From: Candidatus Kapaibacterium sp.
GTDB taxonomy: Bacteria > Bacteroidota > Ignavibacteria > Kapaibacteriales > Kapaibacteriaceae
NCBI GenBank assembly: GCA_018882895.1
Contig: VERF01000001.1
Location: forward strand, 27,286 to 91,285
DNA length: 64,000 nt
Direction: 5' to 3'
The notes beneath the pieces were generated by a model. It was not told the origin of the DNA and made no database searches. It was given only the letters and a program-made list of their open reading frames with translations. Of this stretch, positions 46,873 to 57,310 are shown piece after piece. The number at the start of each line of letters is the position of its first letter. Position 1 is the first letter of the stretch. A program made the translations under genes and the position numbers.

Positions 46873-49485
46873 GTGAAAACGTCATCCGAGACGCCGCTGA
46901 TGCGGCAATACCGCACGATCAAACAGAAGCACACCGACATGGTGCTTTTGTTTCGCCTGGGTGATTTCTACGAGACCTTTGGTGACGACGCTATCACCAC
47001 GGCCAAGGCATGTGGCATCACATTGACGAAGCGCAATAATGGCGCTGCGGGGGACATCCCGTTGGCAGGATTTCCGCATCATCAGCTCGATACGTACCTG
47101 CCGAAGCTGGTTGCGGCCGGACATCGGGTTGCTGTCTGCGAGCAGTTGGAGGACCCGAAGCTTGCTAAGGGGCTTGTAAAACGTGACGTCGTAGAGGTGG
47201 TCACGCCGGGTGTGGTACTCTATGACAAGATCCTCGATGCCTCCAGCAACACATTTCTTGCCTGCATCGTCGCGCCGCGCTCGGAGAATGCCGCTTGGGG
47301 TCTGGCGGTGATGGACGTTTCGACCGGCTCCTTTACGGCCGGTGACGTGCCCTCGGATCGAATTGTATCACTTGTTGATGCATTCCGTCCGGCTGAGATC
47401 CTCGTCAGCAAGGACGACCGGCAGTACTGGGAGCCCCTTGTAAAGAGACTCCAGCAAGCCCCTTCAATTTCTCGACTCGAAGCCTGGCACTTTGCCGAGG
47501 ATGCGGCCGAAAGAAACCTTCGTGAGCACTTTGCTACTTCATCGCTGAAGGGCTTCGGCCTCGACGGTAATGAGCGTGGCATCGTTGCAGCGGGCGTGGC
47601 CCTTCAGTATGTGGCCGATTCACAGAGGGGAGCATTGCGTCAGATAACCTCCTTGCGTCTGCTGCGATCGGACGATGTGATGGTGCTCGACGCGGCAACG
47701 CGCCGCAATCTCGAGATCAGTTCAACGATGTCAGGTCAGTCGTCTTCCGGCGCACTTGTGCAGTTCATCGACAAGACGTGTACGCCCATGGGAGCGCGAC
47801 TTCTTCGGTGGTGGGTGCAGACTCCGTTGACGGATGCTGCGCGCATTTCCAAGCGACTCGGAGTGGTAGACGGCCTGGTGTCGGCACCGCTGATCAATGG
47901 TCAGATCCGCGAGCTATTGTCAGGAATTGGCGACGTCGAACGCCTTCTGACAAAGGTCATGACCGGACGCGCAACTGCCCGTGATCTTGGTGCTCTGCGA
48001 AGGGGGCTTGAACAGCTTCCCGGTCTTGTCATGTTGTCCGCTGCTGACATCGGATCCGATGTGGCAGACGTACTTCGTGGTATTCATCCGCACGACGATG
48101 TTCGACAGCTCTTACAGAATGCCTTGGTTGATGAGCCCCCGGTTGCCATTGGATCCGGTGGAATGTTTCGCCCGGGATACAATGACGAGCTCGATCAGGC
48201 TGCACAGGCACTTCTGAATGGGAAAGAGTGGATCGCCGAGTTTCAGCAGCGCGAGCGCGACAGCTCTTCGATTCCTTCCCTTAAGGTCGGATTCACGTCG
48301 GTCTTTGGATACTACATCGAGATATCCAATGCGCACGCCAATCGCGTGCCGCAGCACTATGAACGGCGGCAGACTCTGGCAAATGCCGAGCGCTACACGA
48401 CCACCGAACTCAAGCAGCTGGAGCAGCGGCTTCTTACGGCAGAGGAGAGTGTTCGGTCGCTCGAAACCAATTTGCTGGCCGACCTGCGAGCCAAGATTGC
48501 AGCTCATGGCGAGGCTCTGCAGCAGACGGCTCAGCGTCTGGCCGTACTGGATGTGTTGAGCGGCTTCGCCACTGCTGCCGTTGAGTATGAGTACTGCAGG
48601 CCCGAGGTGCACGACGGAGCTCGCCTCGAACTGATCGATGCACGTCACCCGGTGATCGAGCGGATACTCGACCATGGAACGCGGTATGTTCCCAATTCCA
48701 TTGTGATGGATGTGACGGAACGTCAGATCCAGATAATCACCGGCCCGAACATGTCCGGTAAGTCGAGCTACCTGCGTCAGGCTGGCCTGATCGTCTTTCT
48801 GGCCCATATCGGTTCATATGTGCCGTGTACATCGGCCCTCGTGCCCCTGACCGATAGGATTTTCACGCGTGTTGGCGCGCAGGACAACATACTGGCCGGC
48901 GAGAGTACGTTCCTGGTTGAGATGCAGGAGAGCGCCAACATTCTCAACAATGCAACAAAGCGCAGTCTCATCCTGCTGGACGAAGTTGGACGTGGTACGG
49001 CCACCTATGATGGTATCTCGATCGCTTGGGCCATTGCTCAGTACATCCATGACCGGGTCGGCGCTAAGACGATGTTCGCCACGCATTACCATGAGCTGAC
49101 AGATCTGGAGACACGATTCGATAGGGTGGAGAACCTTCACGTGGAGGTACGCGAGATCGACGGCAACGTGCTGTTCACGCACAGGGTCGTTCCCGGACAC
49201 ACCGACCATTCATTTGGAATCCATGTGGCCTCCATGGCGGGCATGCCGCCCGAGGTGGTTTCCGCCGCCAAGCAGATACTGCAATCACTCGAATCGATGC
49301 ATTCCGCCGCGCCGAAGGTCTCACCGGCTGCGGCTTCGACGAAGTTAGATTCATATCAGCCGACACTATTCATGGTCGAGGACGACCAACTGCGGCGCGC
49401 GATCAGGGGGCTGAACCTTGATATGATGACGCCAATGCAGGCCCTTCAAACACTGAGCGAACTTCGAAAGCAGATCGATGACTGA
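46873..49485 (+). CDS. mutS: DNA mismatch repair protein MutS (start uncertain: GTG 46873 preferred to retain conserved ETPLMRQY N-terminal motif; alternatives GTG 46849, ATG 46900)
   Basis: Conserved N-terminus TPLMRQYRTIKQKHTDMVLLFRLGDFYETF, Walker A GPNMSGKSSYLRQ, HTH C-terminus. Confidence 0.85.
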   Translation: MKTSSETPLMRQYRTIKQKHTDMVLLFRLGDFYETFGDDAITTAKACGITLTKRNNGAAGDIPLAGFPHHQLDTYLPKLVAAGHRVAVCEQLEDPKLAKGLVKRDVVEVVTPGVVLYDKILDASSNTFLACIVAPRSENAAWGLAVMDVSTGSFTAGDVPSDRIVSLVDAFRPAEILVSKDDRQYWEPLVKRLQQAPSISRLEAWHFAEDAAERNLREHFATSSLKGFGLDGNERGIVAAGVALQYVADSQRGALRQITSLRLLRSDDVMVLDAATRRNLEISSTMSGQSSSGALVQFIDKTCTPMGARLLRWWVQTPLTDAARISKRLGVVDGLVSAPLINGQIRELLSGIGDVERLLTKVMTGRATARDLGALRRGLEQLPGLVMLSAADIGSDVADVLRGIHPHDDVRQLLQNALVDEPPVAIGSGGMFRPGYNDELDQAAQALLNGKEWIAEFQQRERDSSSIPSLKVGFTSVFGYYIEISNAHANRVPQHYERRQTLANAERYTTTELKQLEQRLLTAEESVRSLETNLLADLRAKIAAHGEALQQTAQRLAVLDVLSGFATAAVEYEYCRPEVHDGARLELIDARHPVIERILDHGTRYVPNSIVMDVTERQIQIITGPNMSGKSSYLRQAGLIVFLAHIGSYVPCTSALVPLTDRIFTRVGAQDNILAGESTFLVEMQESANILNNATKRSLILLDEVGRGTATYDGISIAWAIAQYIHDRVGAKTMFATHYHELTDLETRFDRVENLHVEVREIDGNVLFTHRVVPGHTDHSFGIHVASMAGMPPEVVSAAKQILQSLESMHSAAPKVSPAAASTKLDSYQPTLFMVEDDQLRRAIRGLNLDMMTPMQALQTLSELRKQIDD

Positions 49486-50353
49486 TCCTGTTAAAAAACT
49501 GTGGGCCCAGCGTGATCGCGTCACGCGTGCCATCACAAAGGATGGCTCATTCCGAGCGGCCGTGATCCACAACACCACGACGGTGCAGACAGCTCAGCGT
49601 TCACACGGACTGGATCCCATGGCCGCCATGGTGCTGGCCCGTACTCTGACGGGTGCGACCCTGATGGCATCATTCCTGAAGGGCGAAGAGAGAATCGTGC
49701 TGACGCTCGAAGGGGATGGTCTTGTCCGTTCGGTCACAGCCGAAGCAATGCAGGTTGGGGAGGTTCGCGGTTACATCAATCTCAATCGAAATCCGCAGCC
49801 GGATCGCGCAACGCCCCTTGGCAAGGGACTTCTCAGGGTGCAACGGATCCTGTATGGCGAGTATGAGCCGGCCATGGGTATCGTAGAGTTACGTCGAGGC
49901 GACGTCACCAGCGATCTTGGATACTACCTTACACAGTCAGAGCAGATTCCATCGGCATTTGTCATCGACGTTGCATTTGACGGCGACGCCATTCGCCAAA
50001 GCGTTGGCCTGGTGGTGCAGGCCATGCCGGGCGCGCGGGCCGAGGATATCTTTAGGCTGTATGATTCGATCGACTATCTGGACCGACTCACCGAATATGC
50101 CGACTCCGGTTATGGTCCGAATGAAATCCTCCATCAGATCATGCCATTGGAGATCGACATCGTAGCGTCCTCGCCAGTCGACTTCTTCTGTCGGTGCTCG
50201 CATGAGCGTTTCACGTCGGCGCTCATGACGCTGAACGTCGAAGAGATCATGCAGATGAAGGATGAGAATCAGCGTGAACTCGTCTGCCAGTACTGCTCGA
50301 AGCGCTACGAGCTCTCAGATGAGGATTTCGATCGGCTCATCAATCGCACATAA
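49478..50353 (+). CDS. hslO: Redox-regulated chaperone Hsp33
   Basis: C-terminal zinc-centre Cys pairs ([10 protein letters not shown] ... CQYCSKRY) and Hsp33 N-domain. Confidence 0.85.
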   Translation: MTDPVKKLWAQRDRVTRAITKDGSFRAAVIHNTTTVQTAQRSHGLDPMAAMVLARTLTGATLMASFLKGEERIVLTLEGDGLVRSVTAEAMQVGEVRGYINLNRNPQPDRATPLGKGLLRVQRILYGEYEPAMGIVELRRGDVTSDLGYYLTQSEQIPSAFVIDVAFDGDAIRQSVGLVVQAMPGARAEDIFRLYDSIDYLDRLTEYADSGYGPNEILHQIMPLEIDIVASSPVDFFCRCSHERFTSALMTLNVEEIMQMKDENQRELVCQYCSKRYELSDEDFDRLINRT

Positions 50354-51302
50354 GCGCTGTGATGGCCGCCACGTGCACGATGTCCTGCGCCGTGCACCCT
50401 CGGGACAGGTCGCAGTAGGGACGCCGAAGGCCCTGCAGGATGGGGCCAAGTGCCATTGCGCCGCCAAGCCGCTCAGTGATCTTGTAGGCAATGTTTCCGG
50501 CATCGAGATTCGGAAAGATCAGAACGTTGGCAGCGCCTGCCAATGGTGATGAGGGGGCTTTGCGCGCAGCAACCTCAGGAACAAAGGCTGCGTCGAACTG
50601 AAGCTCGCCGTCTGCTATCACATCCGGACGTACCCGACGAAACTCGTCAAATGCCGTCTTCACTTTGTCCACCATCGGATGCTTTGCGCTATCTCGTGTG
50701 GAGAAGCTCAGAAACGCAACACGTGGATCGGCTCCGACGATACGACGGAAACTGTCGGATGCCGACGAGGCAATGTCGGCCAGTTGCCGTGGACTAGGGT
50801 CGGGCACAACACCGCAGTCGGCGTACATCAGCGTCTTGTCCGGCCATAGCATCAGAAAGAAGCTCGATACGGTCTCAATGCCCGCTTTCATCCCAACGGT
50901 CCACAAGGCTGCGCGGACCACGTCAGGCGTCGACGAAAGTGATCCGGCTACGGCACCATCGACGAACCCGGTTGCGACCATCGCGCCGGCGGCATAGAGC
51001 GGATCGTTTGCAAGCTCATGCGCAGCGGCGTCGGTGAGCCCCTTTGCCGATCGCATGGCCAACAGATGCTCAGTTGTGCGGCCTTCGACTGAGCCGCAGG
51101 TCACAACATCGATCTCGAGACCCTCAAACGAACTGCGCAGGGAAACGGCATCGTTCTCTGTTCCGGAAATGACAAGCACCGGATGGCAGACGTCATTCTT
51201 TGCGCAACTGCGAGCGGCCTCGAGGACGCGCTCATCGGATGCATCTGCAAAGGCGATACGGCGCTTGGTATGCCGCGCAGCTTGAATGATCGCTTCGATC
51301 AT
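50340..51302 (-). CDS. pta: Phosphate acetyl/butyryl-transferase (Pta/Ptb family, short form)
   Basis: [31 protein letters not shown]... and Pta_PTB core motifs; 320 aa. Confidence 0.8.
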   Translation of the reverse strand: MIEAIIQAARHTKRRIAFADASDERVLEAARSCAKNDVCHPVLVISGTENDAVSLRSSFEGLEIDVVTCGSVEGRTTEHLLAMRSAKGLTDAAAHELANDPLYAAGAMVATGFVDGAVAGSLSSTPDVVRAALWTVGMKAGIETVSSFFLMLWPDKTLMYADCGVVPDPSPRQLADIASSASDSFRRIVGADPRVAFLSFSTRDSAKHPMVDKVKTAFDEFRRVRPDVIADGELQFDAAFVPEVAARKAPSSPLAGAANVLIFPNLDAGNIAYKITERLGGAMALGPILQGLRRPYCDLSRGCTAQDIVHVAAITALMCD

Positions 51303-52318
51303 TATCGCACGATGCCAACCATGGATGTGGCAGCTGACGTGACCGGTAGGCGGTGAAGAAGCGCGTCGGCACTGCCGTTATACACCAGGATCGCCCCTTG
51401 AGCTGTGCTGACCTGACCGATGAGTTCGGCTCGGGCATCGTTGAACGTGATCGCCGAGAATTTCTCCGTTAGCGTGGTCGATACACGATTGCGCGTGCGT
51501 GTGCTTATCCGGAACATTCCCACCTGGGTCGGAATGAAGGCAACCTGCGTTGAACTTACGACCAAGCCGGTAGGGATAACCTGTGAAGCAGGACCAGATC
51601 GGGGAGTGATCTCAAGGGGCGACGAGATGTTCCGAGTTGAAGCGTCCAGAAACTGGACCGATGCGGCCGAGGGCGTATTGGCATCAACCTTGCCAGAGCC
51701 AAGACCAACAATGCAGAAGAAGGCGCTGTTTGGGTCCGGTGCAACAAACCAAGGGACCGGCGCGGTGGCGACCACCTTTTCGACGTCGAGTGAGCGTGTG
51801 TCGACAATGGCGACGGCATTCGTATCGGGAAGTGTAACGCATAGCTGATTGCCGTTGACGGCCACGTGCATTGGCCGGCTTGGCATCGGAATGCTACGCG
51901 CCACGGTGTTAACCGTCAGATCAATAACAAGCAGGCTCCGAAGTGTCGGTACCGTAGCAAAGGCCGTGGTGGCATTAGCAAATGCGATCGATGTTACCGG
52001 GGCAGAGCCGAGGTCGATCGTATCAATTGCGCGCACCGTGTCGGCGTCGAACACCACGATCCACGGACGTTGCCCGTGCAGCAGATAGACGCGGTCACGG
52101 AATCGTTCAAGTGTGTTGCGCGATGAGTCGCTGGGGTCGGACCACACCACGGTTGACTGGCCTTCATTCGGCACGGGAAAGCTGAGGACTTCGCCGCGTT
52201 GATTGCTCACCAGAAGGCGCCAACTATCATCAAAAGAGTTGATAAGGGGCTCTTCCGGGCTGCATGAGATCAGCAGAGCGCAAGCAAGGATGGGTAGCCA
52301 GAGGATACGGTGTGTCAT
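51302..52318 (-). CDS. Hypothetical lipoprotein, probable YVTN/YncE-like beta-propeller
   Basis: Signal peptide [20 protein letters not shown]; repetitive beta-strand-rich segments with conserved AV.(D/N)T.S; overlaps pta start and punA stop. Confidence 0.55.
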   Translation of the reverse strand: MTHRILWLPILACALLISCSPEEPLINSFDDSWRLLVSNQRGEVLSFPVPNEGQSTVVWSDPSDSSRNTLERFRDRVYLLHGQRPWIVVFDADTVRAIDTIDLGSAPVTSIAFANATTAFATVPTLRSLLVIDLTVNTVARSIPMPSRPMHVAVNGNQLCVTLPDTNAVAIVDTRSLDVEKVVATAPVPWFVAPDPNSAFFCIVGLGSGKVDANTPSAASVQFLDASTRNISSPLEITPRSGPASQVIPTGLVVSSTQVAFIPTQVGMFRISTRTRNRVSTTLTEKFSAITFNDARAELIGQVSTAQGAILVYNGSADALLHRLPVTSAATSMVGIVR

Positions 52319-53139
52319 GGTAGCGAGGCGATAACATCGGTGACAAGATTGGTCAGCACTGGTTCGGCCATGGCGGCTGCCTCCAAGACGTGTTCAAGGT
52401 GTACAGGTTGTAGTGCGTCGGGAAAGCACTCGTCGGTGATGATGCTCACACCGAGCACATCCATGTGCATGTGGCGCGCCACGATGCACTCCGGTACCGT
52501 GCTCATGCCGACCACGTCGGCGCCGATCAGGCGCAGAAATCGGTATTCGGCGCGTGTTTCGAGATTGGGTCCCGTGACTGCTACGTACACGCCACGGTGC
52601 ACCTTCTGAGCGCGTTGAAGGGCGCATCGTTCGGCGATCTCCAGCAGGCGACGCGAGTACGGCTCGCTCATGTCCGGAAAGCGCGGTCCGAGCTTGGGCT
52701 CATTGGGTCCCACGAGGGGATTGTCTCCAAGCAAATTGATATGATCGTCGATCAACATCAGATCGCCCCGGCGGTACAGGGGATTTAGCCCACCGCAGGC
52801 ATTGGAGACGATCAGCGTCGACACGCCGAGAGCCTTCATCACGCGCACAGGAAAGGTGACCTGCTGCAGAGTGTATCCCTCGTACTGATGGAACCGTCCC
52901 TGCATGACCACCACGTCCTTGCCGCTGATGCGTCCGAAGACAAGTCTGCCGGTGTGTGACTCGACGGTGCTGACGGGGAAGTTGGGGATCGACTCGTACG
53001 GGATGGTCGTGTCGATCTCGATTCGCGATACAAGCGCGCCGAGTCCAGTACCAAGGATAATCCCGATTCGCGGGCTTGCGGATGTCGACTGTCGTATGGA
53101 GGCAACAGCTTGGTCGATCTGTTCAAGGAGCGTGCTCAT
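52315..53139 (-). CDS. punA: Purine nucleoside phosphorylase I (PunA-type, paralog 2); start at ATG 53139
   Basis: Near-canonical PunA motifs (IGIILGTGLG, VSTVESHTGRLVFGRISG, MQGRFHQYEGY, MSEPYSRRL, GADVVGMSTVPECIVARHM). Confidence 0.85.
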   Translation of the reverse strand: MSTLLEQIDQAVASIRQSTSASPRIGIILGTGLGALVSRIEIDTTIPYESIPNFPVSTVESHTGRLVFGRISGKDVVVMQGRFHQYEGYTLQQVTFPVRVMKALGVSTLIVSNACGGLNPLYRRGDLMLIDDHINLLGDNPLVGPNEPKLGPRFPDMSEPYSRRLLEIAERCALQRAQKVHRGVYVAVTGPNLETRAEYRFLRLIGADVVGMSTVPECIVARHMHMDVLGVSIITDECFPDALQPVHLEHVLEAAAMAEPVLTNLVTDVIASLP

Positions 53140-54080
53140 GCCGTCTCTGTTCGTTGGCTGGTTGAAGATTCTCGAGGGGGCTGACCGGGATACCAGGGCC
53201 GCTCTGGTGCTTCCATGCACGCGATAGAACACGCGCTATTGAACTGGCGTTCACACTCGGGGCAGGCAATGTGTTGCAGACGACAGCGGTAGTTGCGACA
53301 ATTGACGTACCGCTCTGTCGGTTCGCCGCAATGATGACATCTGCCGATGACATGTCTGTCGTCGGTGTGGTTGATCTCAACGGTCACGCGCTCGTCAAAG
53401 ACGTAACATAGGCCATCCCAGAGTGCCCCCTTCGTGTCAGGATCCTTGCCATAGGAGACGATGCCGCCATCCAGCTGATAGACGTCGGTGAATCCGTCTC
53501 GAAGCATGAACGACGTCAGCTTCTCACAGCGTATTCCACCGGTGCAGTAAGTAAGGATCGGCTTATGACGGGCATCGGCAAGATGCGTGCGGATCCAGTC
53601 AGGAAACTCGCGAAACGATTCACAGTCAGGCCGGATGGCCCCTCGAAAGTGTCCGATATCGTATTCGTAATCCGTGCGTCCATCAAGGACGATGACGTCA
53701 CCCTTCTCGATTCGTTCCTTCCATTGAGCTGGCGTCAGTCGCTTGCCCGTGATCTCGTTTGGATCGGACGGCAGATCGGCCCTGAAGGTGACGAGTTCCT
53801 TCTTGACGCGCACGAAGAGCTTCTCGAAGGCATGACCCGATGCCTGGTCAACCTTGAAGACCATTGATGCAAAGCGCTGGTCCGACGTCACGGTACTGCG
53901 GTAGAGGTCGCACGCTTCTATGGGTCCGGATACCGTACCATTGAGGCCTTCCGGAGCAACGAGGATGCGACCTTTCAGGCCAAGCTCCATGCAGAGTCGG
54001 CGGTGCTCGTCGGCGAACGCTTCCGGATCGTCGATCGGCACGAATTGATAGTAGAGCAGAACGTTATACACTACCGCCAT
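53136..54080 (-). CDS. trhO: Rhodanese-domain tRNA uridine(34) hydroxylase TrhO (UPF0176/YceA family); start at ATG 54080
   Basis: VYNVLLYYQF N-terminal region, rhodanese active-site loop TYCTGGIRCEK, C-terminal Cys-rich zinc-ribbon-like tail. Confidence 0.75.
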   Translation of the reverse strand: MAVVYNVLLYYQFVPIDDPEAFADEHRRLCMELGLKGRILVAPEGLNGTVSGPIEACDLYRSTVTSDQRFASMVFKVDQASGHAFEKLFVRVKKELVTFRADLPSDPNEITGKRLTPAQWKERIEKGDVIVLDGRTDYEYDIGHFRGAIRPDCESFREFPDWIRTHLADARHKPILTYCTGGIRCEKLTSFMLRDGFTDVYQLDGGIVSYGKDPDTKGALWDGLCYVFDERVTVEINHTDDRHVIGRCHHCGEPTERYVNCRNYRCRLQHIACPECERQFNSACSIACMEAPERPWYPGQPPRESSTSQRTETA

Positions 54081-54107
54081 TGGGCTGTCGTCGGAAATTG
54101 TCACGTG

Positions 54108-54115
54108 CAAATCTA
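54108..54115 (-). promoter_or_regulatory. -7 promoter box TAGATTTG (minus strand) for trhO operon, left arm of an 11-bp inverted repeat
   Basis: Plus GCAAATCTACA at 54107-54117 is the reverse complement of TGTAGATTTGC at 54149-54159. Confidence 0.5.
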
Positions 54116-54150
54116 CAAGAGCGAAGGCCAAAGCGTGCCGCTGCAGTTTG

Positions 54151-54158
54151 TAGATTTG
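54151..54158 (+). promoter_or_regulatory. -7 promoter box TAGATTTG for the TPR-OMP-SPOR-TonB operon
   Basis: TAnnTTTG match 20-38 nt upstream of candidate start codons 54179/54197; right arm of the 11-bp inverted repeat. Confidence 0.5.
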
Positions 54159-54196
54159 CGTGCAGCTATTGAGGATACATGGGAACGTCGAGAGGC

Positions 54197-57100
54197 ATGA
54201 AGATCATTCGCACGGTGATCAGCATCGTGTCGTGCGCGCTGGCCAGCGCCGGCATGTGCGGGCAGGACATTCTTATGCCTACGATGCCGAGTGCGATCAT
54301 CGCCCGGCAGTCGCACAGGTATCTTGACCAGGCATTGTTGCAGCGCTCATTGGAGCGCCTCCGTGCCTATGGGCATGACTGGTCGCGGACGGCCTCTGCC
54401 GACCAGGTTTGGATAGACAGATCCGAGATCGATCGCCGAAGAGACAATCGCCTGGGTGCCTCGCGAAGACTAGCCGACTTTACCGAGAGGCGCGCCGCAT
54501 CGCCCCTTGCCGCCGGTGCCATGCTCGAAAGGGGCTTCCTATCCCTTGAGGACGGAGATCATGCCGCCGGTGCCGAACTCTGCCGCCAGGCATCTGAGAT
54601 TGCTGCTCGGTCGTGGGAGCGGACGGGCGACTCGGTCTACCTGCGCATCGGGCAGATGGCCGCATTTTGGCAGGCCACATCGCTGGCACATCAAGGGGCG
54701 CTCGACGAAGCATTGGTGGCCTATCAAAAATCAACAGTCGGAGACGATGACCTCGCAGCTCAGTCGAGATTCGCCATTGGGCAGGTGCACGAACAGAACG
54801 GACTGCAAGCAGAGGCCTTTGCTGCATACGGTGAAGTTTGGACGAATCATCCTCGGCATCCCTTGGCCATTGCAGCTCGCGTGCGTCAGGCGGTGATCTC
54901 ACTTGGTAAGCGCCAGGCTGTGCGGTCGATCGATCTTCTCAACGGTATCGATTCGGCGATCGTTCGCCTGCTGAGCTCCACCGGTTCCGTCGACACGTCG
55001 GCGCTTGATCTGGTGCCAGTTGTTCGGCTTCAGGCCCTGGCCCAAGCGGGACTTTTTCAACGTTCGATTGATACGAGTGACGCGTTTCTTCGTCGGCGTC
55101 CGGGATCGGCATTCCGCTGGGTAGTGCACCTGACGGCAGGGTACGCACACCTTCATCTATCGCGTCCGGATTCGGCCCTTCGGCACTACGATGCGATCGT
55201 CACCGGCGACGCGGACGAAGGGTCGGACACTCGCCATCAGGCGCTGCTGTATCGTGCGCTTTGCCTGAAGCGTCTTGGACGCTCAGCAGAGGCAGAGCGC
55301 GACTTTGCCGGACTTGCCATGCAGGCAGGATATCCCTACAAGGCTCAGGCGCTCATCGAGGTAGGACAGGCGCAGTACGAACGGGCTGATTACGAGCGAG
55401 CTGTCAAGTCGCTTGAAAAGGCAGAGCGCGAGGCACAAGATGCAACGACGCTTCTTCGATCACAGATCCTTCTGAGCAGCGCATTGATGCACCGACAGCA
55501 ATGGACCAGGGCCGCAACGGTTTTGGAACGCGCCGAGAAGATCGCCCTTGAGGCGAAGGAAGAACTTGTGCCGCTTCGAGTTCGATATCTGGCCGATGCT
55601 CGACTTCATCGCGGAATCTGCTTTGTCCAAGCCGGTGCGGCCCGCCAAGCCATCGCGGCTCTGACGGATTTTCTTGGCAATCATCCTGCGGAATCTCGCC
55701 GAGACGAGGCCACGTTCTGGCTTGCCGAGGCGATGTACAAGGAGGACATGCTTAAGAATGCACAAGAGCTCTACGAGGAGGTTGTGCGTCGGTATACAGC
55801 CAGCACTCGGCGTGAAGAGGCCATGTATGGTCTGGCGTGGACACATTTCCGTCGACGTGACTTCGACCGCTCAGCCAAAGTTTTCGGAGAACTGCTGTCG
55901 ACATATCCGCAATCGCAGTATGCGACCGAAGCGATGGTGCGTCGCGCTGATGGCTTGTATATCGCCAAGCAGTTCGCCGCAGCTGCCAGACAGTACGAGC
56001 AGGCATCTCGACGTGATGTCTCATCGGATGAGGGGCAGTACGCGGCATTTCAGGCCGGACAAGCCTCATACCGAGCCGGTGAGCTCTCCCGTGCGCTCGA
56101 GTTGATGAGGGCCTTCGTGCAGAGATATCCAAAGAGTCGACTCGCCGATGACGCCCTCTACCTCATCGGATGGGTTGCATTCCAACAGCAGGACGACGCC
56201 GGTGCAATTGTCGAGTTCGAACGCCTTTTGCAGGCTTATCCTGACGGTGACCATGCGGTGCGGGCACTCTACACCATCGGTGACGCACGATTCAATCTCG
56301 GTGAGATCGATGCGGCCATTACGACGTATCGCGACGTCATGGCGCGATTTCCATCGCATCCGCTTGCAACTGAGGCGGCCCGCAGCCTGCAGGATGTGCT
56401 GGTCGGTCAGGGCCGTACCGAGGAGGCACTGGTCGTGCTTGACACGTTGATTCGGGCCAATCCGCAGTCGCTCGCTGCCGAGGAGTTTTCCTGGAAGAAA
56501 GCCGAGATCTTCTACTCCGGCAAGCAGTATCAGAACGCGGCCGGTGAGTTGCAGGCATATCTGCGCTCCTACCCGTCGGCTCAGCGCTCGGATGAGGCAC
56601 TCTACCTGCTTGGTAAAACCTACCTGACAATGAACGACCTGCCTCAGGCCCTGGAGGCATTTGCCTCGATCTCACGCCGTGACGCCAAGAGTCGCTACAT
56701 CGTGAGTTCTTCCATGGACCTTGCCGAATACTATACGCGCTCGGCAAACACCACATCGGCCGATTCGATATATCGAATCATCTTCGTAGCTCCGGATGCA
56801 GATACGACGGCGTCATCATTGGCCGGTTACGAGTTGGCCGAACATGCGCGCATGCGGCAGGATAGCATCGGAGCGATGGAGCTGTATCAGCAGACCGCCG
56901 ATCGATTCCCAGCCAGTGAGTACGGAGCTCAGTCACGGTACAAGTTGGCGCAGCTGCACCGCAGGGCCGGACGTCTTGATAGCACGCGTTTTCACCTCAA
57001 CCTCCTGGCGCAACGCACGGATGCCCCGTTGATCGTTGCAAATGTCCTCTACGACCTGGGCACGTCCTTCATGCGTGAACGCAATCACGCCGTCGCCGCA

Positions 57101-57310
57101 GGATATTTCGAACGCGTGCGTGACGATCACGCCGGCATCGAGGATTGGTATACGCTGAGCATGCTTTCGCTCGGTGAGTGTTATGAAGCGCTCGATCGCA
57201 AACCTGATGCCATATCGACCTATCAGACGGTTCTAACCATCCGACCCGATGACGATTATGGCAAGACAGCACAGGCACGACTGAAGCGTCTCACCGGAGG
57301 TCGCCGATGA
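54197..57310 (+). CDS. Large TPR-repeat lipoprotein (start ATG 54197; alternative ATG 54179)
   Basis: Lipobox IVSC after MKIIRTVISIVSCALASAG; >20 TPR-like repeats across 1037 aa. Confidence 0.7.
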   Translation: MKIIRTVISIVSCALASAGMCGQDILMPTMPSAIIARQSHRYLDQALLQRSLERLRAYGHDWSRTASADQVWIDRSEIDRRRDNRLGASRRLADFTERRAASPLAAGAMLERGFLSLEDGDHAAGAELCRQASEIAARSWERTGDSVYLRIGQMAAFWQATSLAHQGALDEALVAYQKSTVGDDDLAAQSRFAIGQVHEQNGLQAEAFAAYGEVWTNHPRHPLAIAARVRQAVISLGKRQAVRSIDLLNGIDSAIVRLLSSTGSVDTSALDLVPVVRLQALAQAGLFQRSIDTSDAFLRRRPGSAFRWVVHLTAGYAHLHLSRPDSALRHYDAIVTGDADEGSDTRHQALLYRALCLKRLGRSAEAERDFAGLAMQAGYPYKAQALIEVGQAQYERADYERAVKSLEKAEREAQDATTLLRSQILLSSALMHRQQWTRAATVLERAEKIALEAKEELVPLRVRYLADARLHRGICFVQAGAARQAIAALTDFLGNHPAESRRDEATFWLAEAMYKEDMLKNAQELYEEVVRRYTASTRREEAMYGLAWTHFRRRDFDRSAKVFGELLSTYPQSQYATEAMVRRADGLYIAKQFAAAARQYEQASRRDVSSDEGQYAAFQAGQASYRAGELSRALELMRAFVQRYPKSRLADDALYLIGWVAFQQQDDAGAIVEFERLLQAYPDGDHAVRALYTIGDARFNLGEIDAAITTYRDVMARFPSHPLATEAARSLQDVLVGQGRTEEALVVLDTLIRANPQSLAAEEFSWKKAEIFYSGKQYQNAAGELQAYLRSYPSAQRSDEALYLLGKTYLTMNDLPQALEAFASISRRDAKSRYIVSSSMDLAEYYTRSANTTSADSIYRIIFVAPDADTTASSLAGYELAEHARMRQDSIGAMELYQQTADRFPASEYGAQSRYKLAQLHRRAGRLDSTRFHLNLLAQRTDAPLIVANVLYDLGTSFMRERNHAVAAGYFERVRDDHAGIEDWYTLSMLSLGECYEALDRKPDAISTYQTVLTIRPDDDYGKTAQARLKRLTGGRR

